Shown piece after piece: positions 9,678 to 16,280 of a DNA stretch of 64,000 bases. Source of the DNA: Klebsiella phage FKP3. Each line of letters opens with the position of its first letter. Within the stretch, counting starts at the first letter, position 1. The DNA is taken from sequence record PP895363.1, one strand, 5' to 3'. Below the pieces are notes generated by a model. The model worked only from the letters and a program-made list of their open reading frames with translations. It made no database searches and was not told where the DNA came from. Position numbers and translations under genes: made by a program.

Positions 9678-9765
9678 GGCAGCAAAGCGAGGAGTCGAAC
9701 CCCTTAGTCTGTGGTTTGGAGCCACATAGAGCGCCATGCTCATTTAAACTTGCTCGGCTATTGTT
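9678..9765 (-). tRNA. tRNA-like gene; the anticodon stem-loop TGTGG-CTCCAAA-CCACA suggests Trp (CCA), but the D-arm and acceptor stem are irregular
   Basis: T-arm AGGGG-TTCGACT-CCTCG, 3' end CTTTGCT-G-CCA; the 5' acceptor has mismatches. Confidence 0.3.
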
Positions 9766-9844
9766 TGGAGTCAGGGGCGGGAGTCGAACCCGCAATCTTG
9801 AGCATATGAAACTCACATGGTAAATCCATTCCACCACCCTGCGC
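9766..9844 (-). tRNA. tRNA with CAU anticodon (Met, fMet or Ile2-like); the acceptor end has two mismatches
   Basis: T-arm GCGGG-TTCGACT-CCCGC, anticodon stem-loop TGAGT-TTCATAT-GCTCA, 3' CCCTGAC-T-CCA. Confidence 0.4.
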
Positions 9845-10282
9845 ATTATTTGGTAGTAACTAAGAGAATCAAACTCTTCTCACAACGCCGTATGAAAGCG
9901 TTCGAAACATCAGCTTCACAGTTACTTTTAATTAAACACGATGAATAATTTTAACTGTCTCGCCTTTATCATTCATCAAATAAGCACTTTCATCTTTGTG
10001 TATGAAGGTGGTAGAACTTCCGCTGATAACGCTGGCAATAACACTATCTGGCTTTTGATAGCCTTCAAAATGGTATTGGACTTTTATGTTACCATCGAGT
10101 TCTATATAATGTTCTTCTTCATCTACATCAAAAGGTACTGAATCATAAATTTTTGTCCCTTGTGGGAACTTACGAATAATTTTTAATGTGTACATAATGC
10201 TTCCTTAGTAGTATTTAGTATTAAATAAATGTGCCGTCCCAAGCCGAACGGCGATTAGTGTTATTGCTTGGCATTGATAATA

Positions 10283-10357
10283 TGGTACTTCCTACAGGAA
10301 TCGAACCTATGACGCTCACCGTGTAAAGATGACGTTCTGCCATTGAACTAAGGAAGT
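10283..10357 (-). tRNA. tRNA-Val (UAC)
   Basis: Acceptor ACTTCCT/AGGAAGT-A-CCA, anticodon loop TTTACAC, T-loop TTCGATT. Confidence 0.6.
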
Positions 10358-10430
10358 ATGGCGGGGATTTCCCGCACTGTCTATCGCGATATGGACTCCG
10401 ACAGTGTTCTCGGTTAAATACCCCATTATT

Positions 10431-10517
10431 TGGTGCTTCAGGTGAGACTCGAACTCACAATCCTCTAGGGCGCTGGCTTCTAAGACCAGAGTGTATATCC
10501 ATTTCCACCACTGAAGC
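10431..10517 (-). tRNA. tRNA-Leu (UAG), class II
   Basis: Acceptor GCTTCAG/CTGAAGC-A-CCA, anticodon loop CTTAGAA, 13-nt variable arm, T-arm GTGAG-TTCGAGT-CTCAC. Confidence 0.6.
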
Positions 10518-10648
10518 ATTATTTAGTATAGGTTAAGAGTTGTATCGGCCCTCTTCTTAAACGGTGAAAGGAAAGTTTGGTTTTTCTCCAAACGTGCTAA
10601 CACCTTTTACATCCACTCTAAGTCATCGGACGCAACCTATATTTTTTT

Positions 10649-10727
10649 TGGTGGAGCCGGAGAGAATCGAACTCTCAACAGGAAAGGTGCAAACCTCCCT
10701 CGCTACCTTAGTACATGCAACCCCAAA
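10649..10727 (-). pseudogene. degenerate tRNA-like element (good T-arm and 3' CCA but no matching 5' acceptor strand)
   Basis: GAGAG-TTCGATT-CTCTC then CGGCTCC-A-CCA; no complementary GGAGCCG upstream. Confidence 0.25.
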
Positions 10728-10856
10728 TTTTTGCGCCCCTTTGTAGTGAATGTCTTTAAGCGGAGTCTTTAATGCAAGCAATAAATTTACTCACACACTT
10801 AATCTTAGACCTACTCAGATGGACGGCTTTAGCATGGCGTCCCATACCTTCTTAAT

Positions 10857-10932
10857 TGGCACGGATGGAAGGAGTCGAACCTCCGGCGCAGGGCTTCGTA
10901 AACCCTCGTTCTGTCCACTGAACTACACCCGT
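10857..10932 (-). tRNA. tRNA-Arg (ACG)
   Basis: Acceptor ACGGGTG/CATCCGT-G-CCA, anticodon loop TTACGAA, T-loop TTCGACT. Confidence 0.6.
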
Positions 10933-11061
10933 ATAATACTTTGCCTAAAACGCCACAACTTGTTTGGTCTTGCACCGTGTCAGTTGCTATTTATCGGTAG
11001 AATTTGAGCCATTAACCTGAGCGAATATTTGTCATGGTTGTCACACCATCAAGGCAAAACT

Positions 11062-11136
11062 TGGTGCAACCTACAGGTATCGAGCCTGTCTATCTGCCTT
11101 TTCAGGGCAGCACTCATCCATCTAAGTCAAAGTTGC
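11062..11136 (-). tRNA. tRNA-Phe (GAA)
   Basis: Acceptor GCAACTT/AGGTTGC-A-CCA, anticodon stem-loop CTGCC-CTGAAAA-GGCAG, T-loop CTCGATA. Confidence 0.6.
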
Positions 11137-11276
11137 ATATTATTAATTGTCATCATGGAAACCGAAAATCCACGCCATATCAACTCGAAGTTAAAAATCC
11201 TTGACTTCGGCACCATCTGGTGCTGGCTAGGCACTACCTAGCAGGACAGTCACAAAATCGTGACGATGACAAAATT

Positions 11277-11354
11277 TGGTCTCCGTAGAAAGATTTGAAC
11301 TTTCGACCCCACCGCCCCAAACGGCATACTCTGACCAGGCTGAGCTACACGGAG
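11277..11354 (-). tRNA. tRNA-Pro (UGG)
   Basis: Acceptor CTCCGTG/TACGGAG-A-CCA, anticodon loop TTTGGGG, T-arm GAAAG-TTCAAAT-CTTTC. Confidence 0.6.
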
Positions 11355-11439
11355 ATAATACTTTCGAGGAGATCTCACCCTATACAGCAAAACCGTATAC
11401 TATCTGTCAGGGTTACTGTATACTGTGCTCCTCTGAATT

Positions 11440-11515
11440 TGGCTGGGGATCTTGGAATCGAACCAAGTCGATGACGAGTTCAAAGCCCGTCGCCTTCCCA
11501 TTTGGCTAATCCCCA
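11440..11515 (-). tRNA. tRNA-Gln (UUG)
   Basis: Acceptor TGGGGAT/ATCCCCA-G-CCA, anticodon loop CTTTGAA, T-arm CTTGG-TTCGATT-CCAAG. Confidence 0.6.
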
Positions 11516-11522
11516 ATTAAAC

Positions 11523-11611
11523 TGGTATAGTGGACGGGATTCGAACCCGCAAGGTAGTTTCCTACTCTAGATTGAAAGTCTAGCTACTTCGACCGATTTG
11601 TATACCACTAT
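11523..11611 (-). tRNA. class II (long variable arm, 3-bp D-stem) tRNA with an apparent UUC anticodon; non-canonical identity
   Basis: Acceptor ATAGTGG/CCACTAT-A-CCA perfect, anticodon stem-loop CTAGA-CTTTCAA-TCTAG, variable arm GTAG-GAAA-CTAC, T-arm GCGGG-TTCGAAT-CCCGT. Confidence 0.4.
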
Positions 11612-11730
11612 ATAAAATTATTTAAAAAGGAATGCTAGAACTTGAAGGAGAAAACCATGAGCGAAAAGAGAAAGTTTTCTAACATTCCTGTCTAAATAAT
11701 CTTGAAATAATCACTTTGTTCAAGAGTTGT

Positions 11731-11807
11731 TGGTGCGGGTGACAGGATTCGAACCTGCGACGAACTGGGTGGAAGCCAGACACTCTACCAGACTGAGTTA
11801 CACACGC
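11731..11807 (-). tRNA. tRNA-Gly (UCC)
   Basis: Acceptor GCGTGTG/CACCCGC-A-CCA (one mismatch), anticodon loop CTTCCAC, T-arm GCAGG-TTCGAAT-CCTGT. Confidence 0.5.
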
Positions 11808-11831
11808 ACTGATTAAGAACTCTACAATATT

Positions 11832-11861
11832 ACTCTACTACATTTTAATACTTATTGTCAA
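11832..11861 (-). promoter_or_regulatory. sigma70-like promoter on the minus strand (TTGACA-N18-TAGAGT) reading into the tRNA genes
   Basis: Minus-strand sequence TTGACAataagtattaaaatgtagTAGAGT. Confidence 0.35.
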
Positions 11862-12056
11862 GTGTTAATTTAAAATTGTGAGACAGTGACGGATATCTCA
11901 TAGATGACTAATCCTACGTCCGGCTTAAGCAAGGCGACGATATCGTACACCTTCTCGTCGATTGGCAGGAGCCGTTCCTCCTGAATTACTATCTAGCATC
12001 TGAGATGAAGACAGCCTCACCAATCAACCTACTCCCAGTCACGGTTTCAGAACTTC

Positions 12057-12132
12057 TGGTGCTCCAAGTAGGTTTCGAACCCACGACCCCATGCTTACAA
12101 GGCAAGTGCTCTACCAACTGAGCTATTGAAGC
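12057..12132 (-). tRNA. tRNA-Thr (UGU)
   Basis: Acceptor GCTTCAA/TTGGAGC-A-CCA, anticodon loop CTTGTAA (one U-U pair in the stem), T-arm GTGGG-TTCGAAA-CCTAC. Confidence 0.5.
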
Positions 12133-12349
12133 AAATAGTATTTTATTATTGAAAGGTATTCCACCATAATATCAAGGTTTGCCGATGCAGTAGTTCGGGA
12201 ACTAGACAATGCCGCTTACGCGCTGGTTATCTCAATTCAAACCCACTGCAAACCGTGGTAGTTGAGGCCAGTTTCTTTTCCACTTGTTTCCACTTATAAG
12301 TCTTAACCAGACCGGGATACGGGCTTATAAGATCATCAATAATAAAATT

Positions 12350-12434
12350 TGGCGATGGATCAAGGATTTGAACCTTGCTGGAGATTTCTCTCACGGATTA
12401 ACAGTCCGCCGCCCAACCACTAGGCCAATCCATC
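12350..12434 (-). tRNA. Ser-like class II tRNA (G73, 3-bp D-stem, long variable arm) with an apparent GUU (Asn-decoding) anticodon
   Basis: Acceptor GATGGAT/ATCCATC-G-CCA, anticodon stem-loop GCGGA-CTGTTAA-TCCGT, variable arm GAGA-GAAA-TCTC, T-arm CAAGG-TTCAAAT-CCTTG. Confidence 0.4.
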
Positions 12435-12511
12435 ATTATTCTTTGTTAAGAGTAGGCGCGTATTCCGTCGCCTCGTGTTATTTTCTCCTGTTTCCAGGCT
12501 CCCTTTAGAGC

Positions 12512-12587
12512 AGCGGGCAGGGAGAATCGAACTCCCTTAGCATCTTTCAGCAAACCCGAAGGTCATTGTCTAGCCACGACCACCCGC
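12512..12587 (-). tRNA. tRNA-like gene, fold unresolved (good T-arm; acceptor pairs via G-U; no clean anticodon arm found by eye)
   Basis: GGGAG-TTCGATT-CTCCC, 3' TGCCCGC-T without an encoded CCA, 5' GCGGGTG. Confidence 0.3.
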
Positions 12588-12624
12588 ACAGTTATGTGTA
12601 CCTCTAAAGCTCTCTTAACTAATC

Positions 12625-12708
12625 TGGTGTGGGTAGATGGATTCGAACCACCGCGCCTTTCGGATCTGATTTACAGTCAGGTGCATTCAGCCACTCTGCC
12701 ATACCCAC
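12625..12708 (-). tRNA. tRNA-Tyr (GUA), class II
   Basis: Acceptor GTGGGTA/TACCCAC-A-CCA, anticodon loop CTGTAAA, long variable arm, T-arm GGTGG-TTCGAAT-CCATC. Confidence 0.55.
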
Positions 12709-12782
12709 ATTATCTGGTGTGGTACTTGTTACTGATTCTTCTGACGATACAGATACCTCTCATATAACTTTCCCACATTATC

Positions 12783-12859
12783 TGGTACGCCGGAAAGGAT
12801 TCGAACCTTTATTCCTCTCGTTAAAAGCGAGATGCCTTATCCAGTTTAGCTACCGACGC
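12783..12859 (-). tRNA. tRNA-Lys (UUU)
   Basis: Acceptor GCGTCGG/CCGGCGT-A-CCA (G-U pairs), anticodon stem-loop TCTCG-CTTTTAA-CGAGA, T-arm AAAGG-TTCGAAT-CCTTT. Confidence 0.6.
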
Positions 12860-12967
12860 ATAAATATTTTTTAAGATAGCAACCGCTTAACGATTGCTAT
12901 AAGTTAAGGTTACTTTTAAACAATAAATCAATCACCAATAACATCCTTGCTATCTTAAAAAACACTT

Positions 12968-13053
12968 TGGCGGAAGAGGGGAGGGTTGAACTCCCACGCC
13001 CTTTCGGACGGCAGTTTAGCAAACTGCTATGGCTACCATTTCATCACTCTTCC
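12968..13053 (-). tRNA. tRNA-Ser (GCU), class II
   Basis: Acceptor GGAAGAG/CTCTTCC-G-CCA, anticodon stem-loop GCAGT-TTGCTAA-ACTGC, long variable arm, T-arm GGGAG-TTCAACC-CTCCC. Confidence 0.6.
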
Positions 13054-13057
13054 TAAA

Positions 13058-13507
13058 TTAATTTCCTTTCGTTCTGTATTTGATGGCTCTTTTTTCAGGA
13101 TCGTAGTTTTGTTTTCTTCTTTCCTGTTCGAGCAATCTTGCTTGTCTATATGCAACAGAACATTCTTCACAACGGCAACCTCTTTTTTGATACGCATAAC
13201 TTGTACCGTGAACGATAGGTTTTTCAACCCTGTTTATTACCGTCCCAGTTTCACTTACACGTCTTGCTGCCGCAGAGTTACAGCTATGATGGCTATAACT
13301 AATATTCTCTAACCCAAAGAACATCTTATCTGGTTCCTCTGAATATCTCCAAGGAACAATGTGTTCAATGCTATAATTGTCTTCGTTCATCTCTTTACCA
13401 CAATGGTAACAAGAAGTTCTTCCTGTCTCGACAATCATTTGCCACATGAGTTTTCTTATCAGAATGTTTCGCGCTTTTCCCATCGACATACCTAACTCGT
13501 CGCTCAC
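13058..13507 (-). CDS. HNH endonuclease embedded in the tRNA cluster
   Basis: Motifs CYHCGK...EHIVPW...HHSCN; likely GTG start at 13507 with SD AAGGAG (the ORF track extends to 13555, which overlaps the pseudo-tRNA). Confidence 0.55.
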   Translation of the reverse strand: MSDELGMSMGKARNILIRKLMWQMIVETGRTSCYHCGKEMNEDNYSIEHIVPWRYSEEPDKMFFGLENISYSHHSCNSAAARRVSETGTVINRVEKPIVHGTSYAYQKRGCRCEECSVAYRQARLLEQERRKQNYDPEKRAIKYRTKGN

Positions 13508-13526
13508 GATACACTCCTTATAAATT

Positions 13527-13605
13527 GGCGCGACTGACGATACTCGAACTCGCATTCTCTCCTGTGACAGGGGAGTACCATTACCTAGCCAGCCCCGCGA
13601 CTATA
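13527..13605 (-). pseudogene. degenerate tRNA-like element
   Basis: TTCGAGT T-loop motif and a 3' ...GTCGCG-CCA, but no complementary acceptor and the anticodon region forms a triloop hairpin. Confidence 0.2.
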
Positions 13606-13607
13606 AT

Positions 13608-13733
13608 TTATAAATCTGGTCGTTCATCTCTGTTAACTAAACGGATACCACCGTCAGATAAAACTTCAAGTTTTGAATATTGATAAACTACGACCTTGTT
13701 ATCACTCATTGTTACTCCGGTTAATACAAGCAT
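13608..13733 (-). CDS. small hypothetical protein, 41 aa
   Basis: SD AGGAGATTATAATG; MLVLTGVTMSDNKVVVYQYSKLEVLSDGGIRLVNRDERPDL. Confidence 0.3.
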   Translation of the reverse strand: MLVLTGVTMSDNKVVVYQYSKLEVLSDGGIRLVNRDERPDL

Positions 13734-13751
13734 TATAATCTCCTAAGTTTG

Positions 13752-13841
13752 TGGCGGAAGATAACGGAGTCGAACCATCACCATATCGCTACAGCGGGCT
13801 GGTTTTCAAGACCAGTTGCGTACCGCTACGCCCTATCTTCC
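13752..13841 (-). tRNA. tRNA-Ser (UGA), class II
   Basis: Acceptor GGAAGAT/ATCTTCC-G-CCA, anticodon stem-loop CTGGT-CTTGAAA-ACCAG, long variable arm. Confidence 0.55.
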
Positions 13842-13856
13842 ACATCTATACTTACT

Positions 13857-13886
13857 ACTCTATCATACTTTTCAATCAGTTGTCAA
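13857..13886 (-). promoter_or_regulatory. sigma70-like promoter on the minus strand (TTGACA-N18-TAGAGT)
   Basis: Minus-strand sequence TTGACAactgattgaaaagtatgaTAGAGT; the -35 hexamer also lies in an inverted repeat TTGTCAA...TTGACAA. Confidence 0.35.
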
Positions 13887-13917
13887 GAAAAACTTTCCAC
13901 CTTTTTTGACAATTATT

Positions 13918-13992
13918 TGGTAGAGCCACTAGGAATCGAACCTAGACTGTAGAGTTAGAAGCTCCATTTGCTATCCATTACAACATAGCTCC
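13918..13992 (-). tRNA. tRNA-Arg (UCU)
   Basis: Acceptor GGAGCTA/TGGCTCT-A-CCA (G-U pairs), anticodon stem-loop TGGAG-CTTCTAA-CTCTA, T-arm CTAGG-TTCGATT-CCTAG. Confidence 0.5.
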
Positions 13993-14006
13993 ATTTATTT
14001 AGGCCA

Positions 14007-14036
14007 ACTATAACACACACTATTCGTTATTGTCAA
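14007..14036 (-). promoter_or_regulatory. sigma70-like promoter on the minus strand (TTGACA-N18-TATAGT)
   Basis: Minus-strand sequence TTGACAataacgaatagtgtgtgtTATAGT. Confidence 0.4.
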
Positions 14037-14189
14037 GCTCTTTTTTAATTTCTTTTTTAGCTTTCTGACGTTCAGTAGCTTTACACACTTCTTGCCAAGA
14101 GTCGTACTCATCTCCTTTACGATAGCCACGGCTACGACAAAGAGAACATAGACAACCTTCTTGACTATATTTCAAACCATGAGGTTTCA
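14020..14189 (-). CDS. small Cys-rich protein, 56 aa
   Basis: SD AAGGAAACTC-ATG; MKPHGLKYSQEGCLCSLCRSRGY... Confidence 0.3.
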
Positions 14190-14198
14190 TGAGTTTCC

Positions 14199-14450
14199 TT
14201 AGATTATCAGAGTTTTAAACTTAATGCAAATGATTTTCTTCTTACCGCCTACATACTGCCAATGATGTATCTCCGCAGCTACTTCTAGGGAAGTTCCTAC
14301 TTCACGGTAGGCGTGAGTGATTACATCAATCCAGTATTCACAATCAGGCTGATAAATCATACTGTAGTGCTTATCAATCAACGTATTGATACCGCCGCAA
14401 TCTCCAATTGTCTTACGCCACGGTGTACTCTTCATAACAAACTTTTCCAA
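14199..14450 (-). CDS. hypothetical protein, 83 aa (may start at the internal ATG at 14436)
   Basis: ORF overlapping the upstream small ORF through an ATGA junction. Confidence 0.3.
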   Translation of the reverse strand: MEKFVMKSTPWRKTIGDCGGINTLIDKHYSMIYQPDCEYWIDVITHAYREVGTSLEVAAEIHHWQYVGGKKKIICIKFKTLII

Positions 14451-14572
14451 GTTTTATCAGGAATTTCTGATGGAGGAATCTTACCTTCTGTCTTGGCTTT
14501 ATCGTCTACTGCTTTTTTAATAGCTTGAACCTGTGCCTCGGTTAAAGGGCCATCATCTTTTTCGTATGCCAT
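14433..14572 (-). CDS. small hypothetical protein, 46 aa
   Basis: Strong SD TAGGAGAAATATA-ATG; MAYEKDDGPLTEAQVQAIKKAVDDKAK... Confidence 0.3.
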
Positions 14573-14787
14573 TATATTTCTCCTATTTATTATCAAAACA
14601 CATAAAGGAGGACAATGATCAGGTGACGTTTGCCAACGCCCTGCCGAAGTTTAGAGATGGTTGCAAATCATCCCCAACCGCATCACTGGTTTAAACTCAC
14701 ATGATCAGTGCTTGTTTCTGGATACTCACACGCCCATACGTGCAGACAGTTTTAACGCCAATCAATGCCTTTCTTTATATGTTCTGT

Positions 14788-14912
14788 ATGGTTGACTGCT
14801 ACAGGACTTGAACCTGTTTCTCTTCGCGCGGATTTACGTTGTACCAACATGTGAGGAATCGAACCTCTCCACTACCCTACCGAAGCGCATATACCTATCA
14901 TGCTCATACAGT
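14788..14912 (-). pseudogene. two adjacent degenerate tRNA-like remnants (T-arm-like motifs without full cloverleafs)
   Basis: ACAGG-TTCAAGT-CCTGT...CAACCA and GAGG-TTCGATT-CCTC; no complementary acceptors at the correct distance. Confidence 0.2.
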
Positions 14913-14914
14913 CA

Positions 14915-14990
14915 TTGGAGGATGATATGGGATTTTAACCCATCTAATACTGTTTTGCAGACAGTCTCCTAGACACTCGGACAATCATCC
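14915..14990 (-). tRNA. tRNA-Cys (GCA)
   Basis: Acceptor GGATGAT/ATCATCC-T-CCA, anticodon stem-loop ACTGT-CTGCAAA-ACAGT, T-arm ATGGG-TTAAAAT-CCCAT. Confidence 0.55.
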
Positions 14991-14999
14991 CATTGAAAA

Positions 15000-15077
15000 T
15001 GGTGTGACTGGTGGGGCATGATCCCACATCATCTCCTTCACAGGGAGAAACGTTAACCAGCTTACGCTCACAGTCAC
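15000..15077 (-). tRNA. tRNA-His (GUG) with an atypical T-loop (ATCATGC) and a G at position -1
   Basis: Acceptor GTGACTG/CAGTCAC-A-CCA, anticodon stem-loop TCTCC-CTGTGAA-GGAGA, T-stem GTGGG/CCCAC. Confidence 0.45.
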
Positions 15078-15285
15078 CATTGATTTTGCAGTTGCTATTC
15101 TCCTTAAACACCGCACATACGGTATTAAGCAGAATAACTTTCGTGCTGCTTCACGATGTGGAGTTCCCCACATTGAAGTTTGTTCACACTTGTCACAGTG
15201 CTTCTCTTCCGAGTAAACCACTCTCGTAGTTGCTGACAAACAACTCGTAAAATATATTCTCGTAAGAACATATATTGCGAGAGTT

Positions 15286-15426
15286 TGGCACCAGGAGGAG
15301 GAATCGAACACTCCTAATCAGGTCATGACTCCTGACTATCTCAAACCAAACACTGTTGTGTCGGCTATTGCATAATAGCGAGCGCTCACTCCTATGCAGA
15401 CCTTCACCAGTGTCGAGATCCTGGTA
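15286..15426 (-). other. about 140-nt tRNA-like element: complementary acceptor strands (ACCAGGA ... TCCTGGT-G-CCA) separated by about 125 nt, with a T-loop-like TGTTCGATTC and internal hairpins; possibly an interrupted or insert-containing tRNA
   Basis: Sequence inspection only; no canonical cloverleaf fits. Confidence 0.2.
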
Positions 15427-15431
15427 TTGTT

Positions 15432-15520
15432 TGGTGCGGGTAGTGGGAGTCGAACCCACAGGAGGAAACCCTCCGAGGGATTTTAAATCCCTTGCGTACT
15501 GCCAATACCGCCATACCCGC
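15432..15520 (-). tRNA. tRNA-Leu (UAA), class II
   Basis: Acceptor GCGGGTA/TACCCGC-A-CCA, anticodon stem-loop AGGGA-TTTAAAA-TCCCT, long variable arm, T-arm GTGGG-TTCGACT-CCCAC. Confidence 0.6.
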
Positions 15521-15531
15521 ATTAAATTTAG

Positions 15532-15606
15532 TGACCCCCGGAGGATTCGAACCTACCTACCTCTCGATTATGAGTCGATTGCTCATACCTAATGAGCTTG
15601 AGGGCC
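15532..15606 (-). tRNA. tRNA with CAU anticodon (Met, fMet or Ile2), no encoded CCA
   Basis: Acceptor GGCCCTC/GGGGGTC-A (G-U pairs), D-stem GCTC/GAGC, anticodon loop CTCATAA, T-loop TTCGAAT. Confidence 0.45.
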
Positions 15607-15652
15607 AAAGAAGTATTACTTTAACATAAAATAATACTTCGTGTCAACACTT

Positions 15653-15928
15653 TTAAGCGAAATTTTTAAATTCTTCATCATCCTTGCGGCTAAGAAGAGC
15701 ATAAATAAGTGCCAACACAGTTTCTTGACTACGAGGTAAACCCATCTCATCGAGAAGTAAATCTATGTTTAAAATCTCTTTATCTTTAGCTGCGTCTTCA
15801 CGCAGAAGCAATGAACCGTCTGCTTGCTCTACAAACATGCTTTCAGGATTAAAAATAAAAAATGTATTTTCATCTTGATCCGTAATCAAATGCTTAAGTA
15901 GTCCACTAACATCAATCTGCTCTTCCAT
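15653..15928 (-). CDS. hypothetical acidic protein, 91 aa
   Basis: ORF with SD GGAGGAGAAAATT upstream. Confidence 0.3.
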   Translation of the reverse strand: MEEQIDVSGLLKHLITDQDENTFFIFNPESMFVEQADGSLLLREDAAKDKEILNIDLLLDEMGLPRSQETVLALIYALLSRKDDEEFKNFA

Positions 15929-15980
15929 AATTTTCTCCTCTGTTTAGAATCTTATCAAAAGATTACAATGCTTGTCAATA

Positions 15981-16247
15981 CTAATTTGTATCTATTTCAT
16001 CATCACCATTTGACATAGTTAAAAATAAATCTGTAATACCTTGATGTTGATATGCCCTTTCGGGGCTATCATCAAATGCCAAGCCTGTACAAATTGAACA
16101 AAGATCTGATTCCTGGATAAGACCATTCTTATCTCGTTTGGAGTGATTCTTTAATAATCTATTACAGGCTCGACACCTAAAATAAAAGTTGTGTTGTTTC
16201 ATAAAACCTTCGTGAACCCGATAGGGTGATAATCGGCTTCTCCTCAC
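15981..16247 (-). CDS. hypothetical Zn-ribbon protein, 88 aa
   Basis: CRACN...CSIC cysteine pairs. Confidence 0.3.
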   Translation of the reverse strand: MRRSRLSPYRVHEGFMKQHNFYFRCRACNRLLKNHSKRDKNGLIQESDLCSICTGLAFDDSPERAYQHQGITDLFLTMSNGDDEIDTN

Positions 16248-16280
16248 TTTTATCTTAACACGAAGGTTTCATTTCGTCAA

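Noticed and set aside
9589-9846. 85-aa minus-strand ORF in the six-frame track
   Set aside because: It lies entirely across two tRNA genes (9678-9765 and 9766-9844), so it is a spurious reading of tRNA sequence.
10232-10254. GCCGT-cccaagccga-ACGGC hairpin, considered as a terminator or tRNA
   Set aside because: No U-run follows on either strand and there is no tRNA geometry. I left it unannotated.
10358-10430. GGCGGGGATTTCCCGC... segment examined as a possible tRNA
   Set aside because: No T-loop and no consistent acceptor pairing in either orientation; it is only local hairpins.
10564-11509. Several 60-85-aa plus-strand ORFs in the tRNA region (10564-10746, 10750-11007, 11029-11241, 11276-11509, 12284-12508, 12629-12874, 13749-13952, 15356-15592)
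   Set aside because: They are antisense to tRNA genes and contain typical tRNA-derived peptides (e.g. ...RIELST...). They have no SD and are not credible.
12871-12958. Hairpin ATAGCAA-ccgcttaacga-TTGCTAT plus a distal 12-nt inverted repeat, considered as a terminator
   Set aside because: No U-tract follows the stem on either strand. It may be a processing or recognition structure, but the function is unsupported.
14985-15311. 108-aa minus-strand and 72-aa plus-strand ORFs
   Set aside because: They overlap tRNA-His and the structured ORF-free region, and have poor start contexts.
9402-15620. CRISPR array search in the repeat-rich tRNA region
   Set aside because: The repeats are tRNA-derived and irregular in spacing, and there is no direct-repeat/spacer periodicity.
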